64,000 nt of DNA, taken from assembly GCA_964016885.1 (NCBI GenBank), contig OZ024749.1, positions 48,856,001 through 48,920,000 of the forward strand. The letters run 5' to 3'. The notes beneath the pieces are model-generated. The model saw nothing but the letters and a program-made list of their open reading frames with translations. It was not told the DNA's origin and ran no database searches. Position 1 is the first letter of the stretch; every line of letters starts with the position of its first letter. The translations under genes were made by a program, and so were the position numbers. Source of the stretch: Eledone cirrhosa. Lineage: Eukaryota. Below, in pieces: positions 1 through 12,141 of the stretch.

Positions 1-282
1 AATATACAAACCTTAATTTAACATTATTCTTAATAATTTTTTTCTCTTCATTAATTTTTTTTTTTTCTCTTCATCAATTTTCTTTTAATTTATATATTAT
101 GTTCCAACGGCTTTTTAACCTCTCGCTGTGAAACAATATATTTTTCTCAATTATAAACGCTATATCTCTCTTTCTATCACCCATCTCTCCTCCTATCTCC
201 TCCTTCCTTATTATACTCCTCCTCCGCCATTCTTTACTCCCATCTTCTCCTCTTTTTCATCCTTTCCACCCCCCCTCATTTT

Positions 283-639
<357 letters not shown>

Positions 640-641
<2 letters not shown>

Positions 642-870
642 CGTTATACTAGGGGTCATGTTATGTAATAATATTGCCAGAAATAATAACAGAACACATG
701 TTTGGTTGGTTTTTGCTTCTGCGTCTTTATATAACCATAGTTAATACATTTGACCATCAATGTTTATCATTGACTGACCGACGGTCAAAAATACAAATAT
801 AAATACATATATATAGTCTAAGAAAGTTCTTTCGTTGCACATCTGCGACATCATCAGTGGTACTATTATC
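640..870 (-). mobile_element. Short element with hammerhead-like core (812-866), family F-like
   Basis: Minus strand reads CTGATGA-t-gtcgca-gatg-tgcaac-GAAA-GAAC-TT; stem I only partly pairs. Terminus aacatgaccc..agtataac.ata resembles that of the 41925-42445 element. Confidence 0.5.
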
Positions 871-891
871 ATGTTTCCTCCTAATACAAAT

Positions 892-977
<86 letters not shown>

Positions 978-1097
978 CCTTTTTTTTTTTATTTTGATAT
1001 TTTTATAATTGAATCTACTATGATTTAGCTTACCGTATTGCTATATATATGTGTTTGCATGTCAGTTAAATTCAAACTTACAATGATTGTCATTATA

Positions 1098-1697
<600 letters not shown>

Positions 1698-2089
1698 TCA
1701 CGCACACATTAGGATAAGAGGGAGCAATTCATGGTGGTATGGATATATGTGCCGATAGTGCCATCTGTAACTGTGTCACGTTTGTTAGAAATAAATGTGA
1801 CCTCCATAAGCTTTCTCAAGCCATACGTCTCATTTTTTGTATTGTACTGTTCAATTTCATTATATTTAACTAAGACGAATGATCAATGTGATGCCATTAC
1901 CTGCATCAATTATAATGTTCTTGTCTTAGTGAATCAATTATTTCTGTGTCTTTGTTTCATTTCTCTACGTCATTTTGCTCTCGTTTAGGCCTGATTTAAT
2001 CTTGATTGTTAGACACATTATCACATCCGTTGCAGCCATAACTATCCTTTCTTCATACTAATATAGTGGATCATGTTATATATAATAGT

Positions 2090-2540
2090 TTTTTTTTTAT
2101 ATAGGGACAAGTCAAATATTTTGGCGGAGGGGAAAGTCGATTAAATCGACCCAAGCGCCTGACTGCTACTTTATTTTATGACCCCGTAAGGATGAAAGGC
2201 AACGTTAACCTCGGCGGGATGTGAACTCAGATCATAATGCGTCCGACCCTCTATTGATACTGCCAGTCTACCTCCCTTATCATGATATATATAATTGCTT
2301 CTACTTTAGGCACAAGGCCAGCAAAATACCCAGTACATTACTGGTACTTTATTGTATCGACCCCGTAAGGATGAAAGGCAAAGTCAACCTCGGCGGGATT
2401 TGAATTCAGACTGTAAACGGACGTAACTATGCTAGAAAGCATGGCGTCCGACTCTCTACCGATACTGCCAATGGGCATAAGGCCAGCAATTTTGAATGCA
2501 GGGAACGTCGATTAAATCGACCCTAGTGCGTGACTGGTAC
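2090..2540 (-). mobile_element. Cluster of tRNA-derived SINEs (family 1): two copies plus a fragment
   Basis: Repeated gaccccgtaaggatgaaaggcaaagtcaacctcggcgggatttgaactcaga; the reverse complement has A box tggcagtatcgg and B box gttcaaatccc. Confidence 0.85.
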
Positions 2541-2876
2541 CCCCTTATCATGTTATGTATAATGCCATCTTCCTTTATTTCCTCAAGGTGTAGCCGTTCT
2601 TATGAGATTTCACTGCTACTTCTGTGTAACTTGACCCATAGGTAAAACTCTATTGTTACCTCCTACATATCTCGTTTAAAAGTATGACTGGATTAGAAGT
2701 TATTGCGGTATATATTATATTTGGTGGGGGGCTTTGGAAGTATTGGTTAACAGAAACGCAGATCGATTCCTATAGATTTCTCATACATGGTACAGTGAAG
2801 AGACTGCTAAAGGAATGACGACAAAGCCGCATTATTACTAAATATTAATGATGGCATAAATCTAAAACTACAAATA

Positions 2877-3050
2877 TAATTGTTTCTACTGTTGGCACAA
2901 GGCCAGCAATCACCCAGTGCATTGCTGGTACTTTATTTTATTGCCCCCCGTAAGTATGAAAGGCAAAGTTAACCTCGGCGGGATTTGAACTCAGAATGAC
3001 TATATGCGTCAAAGCATGGCATCCAACCCTCTACCGATACTGCCAATCCA
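2877..3050 (-). mobile_element. tRNA-derived SINE family 1
   Basis: Full-length match to the other copies in the window. Confidence 0.85.
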
Positions 3051-3657
3051 GAGCCCTGCTACATATATAATAAAAGAGAGGTAGAGGAACCCCCTACATA
3101 TTTCTCCTACAGCATACAGGATGATTAGACACACTGTAAGTGGGTAATAATAATTATATATATCTTTATGTAAATACAGAGAGAGATAGAGAGAGGGAGA
3201 GAGAGAGAGAGATGTATAGAGAGATATAGAGAGAGAGAAACAGAGAGAGAGAGTGAAAAGAAAGTTAAATTGATACATTAAAGGACAAAGTGGGAGAGGG
3301 GAGAAAATGATCAGGAATTTGACAGTTGGTGTCAAAGAAAAGAGAGCTAGGATACTTATAGACTCGTTGAACTTAAAATTGTTCTAAGATAAATCCGTAC
3401 AATGTTGATCAAACAGAATAAGAAAATTGAAACTTAACATAGAAGAAAGTGTAGTTCAGGTGCGAAAAGAAAAAAAGATTGAATCCGTCTTTGTGAATTT
3501 GGGAATGGAATATTGCAGTACTGGGAAATTAACGAGGTAGGCATTCGTGAAGTTGAACCTAGCATTAAATAAGAAGTTACTAAGTGCAAGCAAAATGGCT
3601 TGTGGAGTTCAATTATAGCATGTGGTATAGAAAAATACATCATTATGAGAACATACG

Positions 3658-3695
<38 letters not shown>

Positions 3696-3807
3696 GGATG
3701 GATGCGTTTGTGTGTAAATATTGATGGCATGTTGGTGTTTTAACAGCAATTCTCATTATCCTATGAATGCTAACACACTTGCTCTTCACCTCGGTATACC
3801 CCCCCCC

Positions 3808-3858
<51 letters not shown>

Positions 3859-4136
3859 CATGAATAATGAGGAAGACATAGTCACGATTTTGTGAATCTC
3901 TAAATAATTATTAACAGCATAAAGGAAAGCTTGGGAATGTACGTTCCTTGCTCATTCTCTTTTCAGAATACACTTTATTCTGCAGTGCACCATGATGTGT
4001 ATAAAGTGAAAGAATACGGCACATTAATATGAGAATGGTTTCCATAATTTCATAATGAATAATGATTCGCTTCTTGGCATCAAATCATTCGAATGCTATA
4101 TTTTTTCTAATTACGTTCAGTAATTCCTGCTTGACA

Positions 4137-4166
<30 letters not shown>

Positions 4167-4170
<4 letters not shown>

Positions 4171-4355
4171 GGAGGTGAGTTTTATTGTAGTACAATAAAG
4201 CAATGCAGATTTCGGATAAGTAGCACTCTACAGTTTGTAGGACTGGAATATAAATAATAACATATAAGATGTGTGTTATTATGCGCATGATGATATTTGT
4301 TTTTGAAATGCGCATAATAAAATACATGGAACTCTTTTAACCATCTTTTGATCTT
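4167..4355 (+). mobile_element. Family A element, internally rearranged, 3' half of hammerhead only
   Basis: Shares both ends with 36153-36440 (tgtaggaggtgagtttt... and ...aaccatcttttg.tcttata). Keeps GAAA-TGCGCA-TA-ataaaata but lacks CTGANGA. (TA)n on both sides. Confidence 0.7.
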
Positions 4356-4361
4356 ATATAT

Positions 4362-4393
<32 letters not shown>

Positions 4394-4398
<5 letters not shown>

Positions 4399-5170
4399 GA
4401 ATTGGTGCTCTGAAATAGCGATATATATATATGAATGTATATATAGTGTATTTTGCAATACACTGTATTCTTAATTAAAAGACTCTTGAAGACCTTACAC
4501 TATTGTTTTAGAGTAGTGACAGTCTCACTTACTTCAAATTTTCAACAAACAGGGGAGATAAATCTGACAGAGCTCTGTTCCGTACTTGTCGGTACTTATC
4601 AAAGCTAACTACTCAACCTGTTTGCTAAAATTCATGAATGTTTGATTCTTATAGAATTCTAGTAATAATCACGAGTACGAAACAGTACGAAACAGAGCTC
4701 TGTAAGCTTTATCTCCCCCGTTTACTGAAAATTTGAAGTAAGTGAGACTGTCACTACTCTAAAACAATAGCGTAAGGTCTTCGAAATGCTTTTAATTAAG
4801 CATACAGTGTATTGCAAAATACACTATATATACATTCATATATATATATCTTTATTTCAGAGCACCAATTCTAATTGTCAATTTCTGCTTGACAGGCAAC
4901 CGCGCTGTATAATCAGTTCCTGATTATTACTAGAATTCTATAATAATCAAACATTGATGATTTTCAGCAAACAGGTGGAGTAGTTAGATTTGATATGTAA
5001 CAAAACGTACGAAACAGAGCTCTGTCAGCTTTATCTCCCCTGTTTACTGAAAATTTGAAGTCAGTGAGACTGTCACTACTCTAGAACAATAGTATAAGGT
5101 CTTCGAAATGCTTTTAATTAAGCATACAGTGTATTGTAAAATACACTATATATACATTCATATATATATA
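4394..5170. repeat. Fold-back element: about 480-bp palindrome (4394-4876) plus a third copy (about 4921-5170), with decayed hammerheads (family B)
   Basis: Arms about 4394-4590 and 4680-4876 are reverse complements. Motifs: 4562-4610(-) TTGATAA-gtac..gtac-GGAA-cagagctctg-TC; 4671-4710(+) ACGA-gtac-gaaaca-gtac-GAAA-cagagctctg-TA; 4982-5030(+) TTGATAT..GAAA-cagagctctg-TC-agct. Confidence 0.75.
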
Positions 5171-5861
5171 TATATGTGTGTGTGTGTTTGTATTTTGCAT
5201 ATGTAATGAATTGTGGTATGTTTATGAATAAACATTTGAAAGCCTTTAGCTATGAATTTTTGAAACTGACGACGTAGCGCCATCTAGCGAATTCCTGTAG
5301 AATCAAGTGATGACCAATTGTTGACGATCATTTCTGTCTAATGGTCGTTATCAAAACAGTGCTCTCAGACACTGTAGAAGTGCTATGGTCCTTCTTTCGA
5401 GATGGTGACAAGGTCCCTTTATGTGTTGATGTATTTGCTGCTGTTATTTACATACCTGCTTCTCCGATCGAAGTTTGTATTGGCATCAGGAAATTATGCT
5501 TGCTTCAACGAGGACAGTCCATGGTCTGCAGCCTCAAACCTGTTAGGTAGGGGACGACAATGTCAGCCTAAGATCTATGATTCCAACAATCCTCCACTCT
5601 GGTACCTCTGCAGAGAAATCCTCCCAAGTTCACCTCCTTCCTTGAATACATATCACAATACTTCGTTATTTGTGAGCGTCCTTCTCATCGGAGAACAACA
5701 GCGCACTGTATTTCGCTTGATGAAATGTCGATTGTTTCTGGACTTGGTTAAAGCTAGGTACCACAGCAATGAAGATCTCAGAGAGATAGCAATATCCACC
5801 CACATATATATGAGGAAAGGAAAATAATTTGAATATGCAACTGGAGTTAGAACAGAAACAC

Positions 5862-6105
<244 letters not shown>

Positions 6106-6518
6106 TGTGTAGGAGGCATATTCATTGTTCTTATTTTATCGTTACTGTCTTCTCTCCCTACACCTGACGAGGCCAAAGTGAACCCTTAATAATCAAAGCG
6201 ATAGAGTAATACGTAGACTAATCTATACGCTATAAAATATATGTATGTACGAAATAATGTTTTAATGGCAGTGTAACGGAATTGGCGTGTAAATATCTCA
6301 GGGTTCTTTGTGGGTAAAGGAAAGTGATTAGATAAACCTGGCAGCATATATCATATAATATATACTCTCTTTAAGCGTGACCATTCACAGCAAGTAACAA
6401 TAACAAGAACACCAACAATAACAACACCGATATAAGTATCACTGATGATTGTGTTGAAGAAGAAAAAGTAAATGGAAAAGAAAAGAAAAAAAAAGGAAAG
6501 AAGTGTGTTTAATTGTGA

Positions 6519-6608
<90 letters not shown>

Positions 6609-6633
6609 ATATATACACACACGCACACATACA

Positions 6634-6745
<112 letters not shown>

Positions 6746-6791
6746 CAAGTACCCATATGTATATAAAATACACACACACATATATATACGC

Positions 6792-6855
<64 letters not shown>

Positions 6856-7632
6856 CAGTACATAAAATATGTTAGCTCGCACTTAACATTTTATTTTTTT
6901 ATGCAGAAGTCATCCTTGAGGAATTTCTTCTCATTTCATACTTTAAAATATATATTGCTGTTGAAGTAGGTGAATCACCTTTAAATGTTCTGAAAATATA
7001 ATTTATCTAAACTCAGAATCATTAGAAGGCTGGATAATATTAACTTGTATTGTTTAGTTGCGGCCCTTTACATCCACAGTTCAAATCAAGCCGAGGAGAA
7101 GCTCGTTTATCATCATTCACTTGGAAGGATAGCTATACAATTTACTGCCCATCATACTGGTGTCGAATTAATCTACAATACCATTATACAACAAATTATA
7201 TAATCAATATGAAAGCTAACCATTTAAGTGTGTGTGTCTGTATTTTTTTTGTTCAACTCTCATCGTATTTAACACTTTATTATGTTATAAAGGGAGATCA
7301 CTCTAGCTGTCTTGTTTCTTAAAACTGCTTTGTTATGTTCTGAGACAAAATAGCATGCTATATGAAGTTGTTCAATTTAGCAGTCAGAATTATACAGTAT
7401 GCGCATCATATGGCAGCGGGAGGCAACGACACTTGTGGTGTTAGCGTTGGTAATGTAGGAACTATGATGGTGGTGATGTGAGGAGCTGTCCACGCTCTCT
7501 ATATAGATACTATATTATTATAACGGGAAAAGACACTACATCACTTTATTTCAGTGTCTTTCTTATATAAATATGTGTGAGATCTGCGCCTATACCTGTT
7601 TTTCTATGTCAGAATATACACATACACAATAT

Positions 7633-7793
7633 ATGGACACACTAGAAGAGGAAGAGCAAGGTTAACGTATGTTGATGCCCTAAGGACAGACACTGGTCTG
7701 TTGGAGACGCAGGACATGGCAGCGATAATGAGGGACAGAGACCGCTGGAGAGAATTCGTCCATGGATCTAGGGAATTTTACCCGCCTAGATAG
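7633..7793 (+). mobile_element. RTE-clade LINE 3' end
   Basis: Translates [52 protein letters not shown], with the RRGRP..D..DR..WR C-terminal signature of RTE ORF2; TAGA/(TA)n tail. Confidence 0.8.
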
Positions 7794-7796
7794 ATA

Positions 7797-7837
<41 letters not shown>

Positions 7838-7871
7838 GTATATATGCGTATATATATATATTGTGTATATG

Positions 7872-7959
<88 letters not shown>

Positions 7960-7976
7960 TATATATATATATATAT

Positions 7977-8140
7977 ATCTATCTAAGGCGGGTAAAATTC
8001 CCGAGATCCATGGACGAGTTCTCTCCGGCGGTCTCTGTCCCTCATTATCACTGCCATATCCTGCATCTCCAACAGACCAGTGTCTGTCCTTAGGGCATCA
8101 ACATATGTTAACCTTGGTCTTCCTCTTCTGGTGTGTCCAT
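7977..8140 (-). mobile_element. RTE-clade LINE 3' end, inverted second copy
   Basis: [52 protein letters not shown]; about 9 substitutions against the left copy. Confidence 0.8.
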
Positions 8141-8176
8141 GTACATACATATACATTTATATATACGCATATATAC

Positions 8177-8264
<88 letters not shown>

Positions 8265-8353
8265 CATATACATATATATATATACGCATATATATATATT
8301 ATATGTATATATGCGTATATATATGTATATGTATATATAGTATGTATATATGC

Positions 8354-8394
<41 letters not shown>

Positions 8395-8408
8395 AATATA
8401 TATATGTA

Positions 8409-8458
<50 letters not shown>

Positions 8459-8463
<5 letters not shown>

Positions 8464-8514
8464 AGTGATATTTTAGTAAGTAAGTTAATTTTATAATTTT
8501 CTTATCTTACGTCT

Positions 8515-8520
<6 letters not shown>
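8459..8520 (+). mobile_element. 3' stub of family H element within (TA)n
   Basis: Essentially identical to 62920-62981 (ttggaagtgatattttagtaagtaagttaattttataattttcttatcttacgtctcttata). Confidence 0.75.
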
Positions 8521-8587
<67 letters not shown>

Positions 8588-8929
8588 ACATATATGACAT
8601 ATACATATGTATATGTAAATATAAATACAAACATGCATACATACATACCTGTGAATGTGCGTGAGTGTGTATATAGTCGACAGTATACAATCGTCGAGTA
8701 GCATGATTTAAAAAGTGCTGTAGCTATTTACTAAATAACCAGAGTAATCGTAATAAAGAAACTTAAATTATACTAAACCATTTAAAATAAAGTAACCCAG
8801 AATAAAACTAAATCAATAAGTCAAATTAATAACCACGTTATCGCTGCTATTGATTTTGTCTGAGTTGTCCAAAATATCTTATAAATGTGAGGAGGAATTT
8901 GTTGCTTATATTTTTGGTATTGTTGATTA

Positions 8930-9220
8930 GGTCTAAGTATGTTTTGGCTTATTCGAAAAAAAGACTGTGCCATTGTCGTAACCTGCACCAGGGAAGGCGT
9001 ACTCTCCAACACATATGTATATGTATATGGCCAGTAATTGAAAGTCGTGGATAAGTTCGTATATCTAGGGAGCACGGTGAGCATGACCAATACTCTGAAT
9101 GAAGAAATCACCTACTGAATCAATGAAGAAGTTAAGTGATGTATTTGGAAAATTGGATGTACGTCTACAGTCTCTGCATGGTGATTCACTGAGGCAAAAT
9201 TTAAGGTATACTGCTTATAG
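8930..9220 (+). pseudogene. Decayed RTE/BovB-type reverse transcriptase fragment
   Basis: Frameshifted translation KKTVPLS*PAPGKAYSP..GQ*LKVVDKFVYLGSTVSMTNTLNEEIT..FGKL matches the RTE RT/thumb motif (VDKFxYLGS). Confidence 0.7.
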
Positions 9221-9319
9221 CCTATATATATATATATGAGAGAGAAAGAGAGTAATAGATAGATATAGAGAGAGAGAAAGAGAGAGAAAGAGAGAGAAAG
9301 AGAGAGAGAGCCAGATAGA

Positions 9320-9415
<96 letters not shown>

Positions 9416-10119
9416 AAATAGATTAAACCGTCAGATTTCCTTCATCATCATTTCATTCCTTACATCATACTTTTTTGTTTATCACATATATCCTTCCTAT
9501 ATACAAGACTGTTATGTTTGGTTTGAGGGTTAATTATCTGTTGTTTCTAACAGTTGTTAGTGCTGCCTTACAGTATTCCTTTTCAATTGTGAGATAAGAT
9601 CCTAACAGGTCAAGGATACTTCAAATGATTGTATAAAGAAGTGACGCGAGAACGTGAGGTAGCTTGGGAAAATATGTCCTGCCCCAGAAATTCATATGCT
9701 GTAAAGAAACAATAAATTTGAATATAATACAAGGGATATATATTTCCACTGAACCTCACATTTTTACATGAAGTGTACATGTTTTTATGAAACACTAAGC
9801 TTCATACGATATAAAACGTTAAGCATATCTTTTTGTTGAACGAAAGACTTAAATATTTATTCTGGAACTAAATCGATGCAAGCAGAGCATGGCCAACCTC
9901 TTAACAGATCTTCACGCCATTCTATTGAATAGCAGACACCAAGGTGTTATAATACAGCTGGTAAGACGATAAGAAAGGTGTCGATGATATGTGAAATGTA
10001 GCTGCTTATCTTGTTATTTGGCAGTGTTTAATGAGAATGTTATGTTTTCAATATTTAGAAGTAGAGTTTCGGGAGTTGACGAATATATATATATCAGTTT
10101 GTTTAGTGATAATAGAGGT

Positions 10120-10720
10120 GGTGTTAGTTTGAGATGGTGGTGGGGGTGGTGGTGGTGGTTGTGGTGGAGGTGGTGGTGATAGTTTGATGCAATAGTGGTG
10201 GGGGTGGTTGTTGTTGTTGTGGTGGTGGTGGATTTGGTGGTGGTTGTAGTTGTTGTGCTGTTGTGCTGTTGTGGTAGTGGTGGTGGCGGTGTCGGTGGTG
10301 ATAGTTTGATGTGATTGTGGTGGATGTAGCGGTTGTGGTTATGGTGTTGGTGATGGTGATAGTTGGTGGTGGTAGTGGCGCTTTTGTGGTGGTTGTAGTG
10401 GTTGTGGTGGTTGTAGTGGTTATGGGGGTGATAGTTTGAGCTGATTGTAGTGGGGGTGGTTGCGGTGGTTGTGGTGGTGGTGGTGCTGACTGTGGTGGAG
10501 GTGGTAGTGGTGACTGTGGTGGAGGTGGTGATAGTTTGTGGTGGTGGTGGTGGTGGAGTTGGTGAACGTTTATGATGGTGTTGGGGGCCTTTGTGGTGGT
10601 TCTAGTGGTTGTGGTGGTCATAGTTTGTGGTAATAGTGGAGGTGGTTGTGGAGGGAGTCGTCATCGTAGTCGTCATACAATTGGGCTTTTGGGGGTTGGG
10701 GTGGCTGCTGGTGGTGATGT
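10120..10720. repeat. (GGT)n-derived low-complexity tract with recurring gatagtttg
   Basis: Directly visible; source of the spurious Thr/Pro/His ORF. Confidence 0.8.
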
Positions 10721-10961
10721 TACCTATGCATTTCCTTGTGTTCTTACAGTGCATTTGCTGTTAGTTGAGATATGTTTGCAATGTTGGTGAAAATGATGCT
10801 GACGGTCATACCATGATGATAAATCACTGAATATATTTTGTGGGATGAAAATATCAAGAGCACGCCCAAACAGGCATCCGCACATACATACACAAACACA
10901 CGTGTATAGGTATGTCTGTATGTCAATGTGTATTTATGTATGTATGTATGTATGTATGTAT

Positions 10962-11480
10962 GTTTTCGCTTTCTCTTAATTTCGAGTATATTTTTTTGAC
11001 CGGCCACCTTCCTGGTGGCAAGGTTGTAAAAGAAAAGAAATTGTCATCCCTTGAATCGCAAGAATGTTTTGCAAATGTTGAAGGTGCCAGCTATCGCAGC
11101 CATTTGTAGACTATGAATTAGGGAGCTGCCCTTTTTGTCCGCAAATCCAAGTTCGGTCATACTTTGGTCCAAGCGGGTTGGTATATAACCCGTAGCACCA
11201 ATAATGATGGGTATGAAGCTAAAGGTGTATCTTGGATACTGGATTTGTAAACTCCTCATCAATGGTCCGTAGATGTCCTCCTTCTCCTGTATTTTTCTGA
11301 CAACGTTTACATCAAGTGGGCAGCTGATCTCCACAACAGAACACGTTTTCAATGTGTGGTCCCAAACTACAATACCAGGCCGGTTGTGCTTTAATTTGGT
11401 GGCAGATTTTATTTTCAGGTTCCACCAGTTTTCCTTAGTGCCATCTGTCTCAATATATTCTTCCTCGTTTGTGTTAATTT
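10962..11480 (-). mobile_element. 5'-truncated R4/Dong-clade non-LTR retrotransposon: restriction-like endonuclease C-terminus and 3' UTR
   Basis: WWNLKIKSATKLKHNRPGIVVWD..VVEISCPLD..EKEDIY..PIIIGATG fits the RPD..E.(S/A)CP..K..KY..P.IIG..G pattern (D changed to G here). Stop at 11044-11046; (CATA)n on both sides. Confidence 0.85.
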
Positions 11481-11604
11481 TGTATGTATGTATGTATGTA
11501 TGTATGTATGTATGTATGTATGTATGTATGTATGTATGTATGTATGTGTGCATGTATGTATGTATGTATGCATGTATGTATGCATGTATCACATATATAC
11601 ATAT

Positions 11605-11732
11605 GTGATGATTTCTCCCGAATTAAACAGTTCTAGTCCTGTACAAGCCATTTTTATATTAAATATTTATACTCTGCTATGTATTGAGTACCTTACTTAC
11701 TGTGGTTACCACCGACTGAACCCGGGATAAAC
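11605..11732 (+). mobile_element. Family D element 3' part with decayed hammerhead
   Basis: GTGATGA-tttctcccgaat-TAAA-cagttctagtcctg-TA-caagc; homologous to 43087-43370, 34820-34995 and 61138-61270. Confidence 0.65.
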
Positions 11733-11961
11733 TTATATATATATATATAGGTGTATGTGTATGTGTGTGCGCTTGTATGTGTATGTGTGTGTGTGTGTGT
11801 GAGTGTGAGTGTGTGTGTGTGTGAGGCTGCGGGTTTGTGTATATTTGATATTCATCTTCATACACAGAAACATAAAAAGAAATAGCTTCCTTAGGTTATA
11901 AGGACAAGTGATGACCATCTCCCCAGCCTGCGGACGTTGGTGCAAAGTATGTACAGAATGA

Positions 11962-12041
<80 letters not shown>

Positions 12042-12141
12042 ACACACACACACACGTGCGCGCGCACGCACACACACACACATACACACACAAACACACA
12101 CACGCACTCATACACACACACACACACACCCACACACATAA

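Noticed and set aside
5290-5382. Hammerhead-like ttc-CTGTAGA..AAAA-cagtg..cactg-TA-gaa
   Set aside because: Both core boxes are mutated and spacing is off; possible relic but not supportable.
5402-5827. 141-aa ORF with hydrophobic N-terminus
   Set aside because: No recognisable motif; lies just upstream of a family C tail and may be TE-internal sequence.
6159-6330. CTGACGA-ggcc motif
   Set aside because: No correctly placed GAAA, stem III and stem I.
10124-10621. Mucin or extensin-like Thr/Pro/His ORF
   Set aside because: Derived from a (GGT)n tract; no domain or splice evidence.
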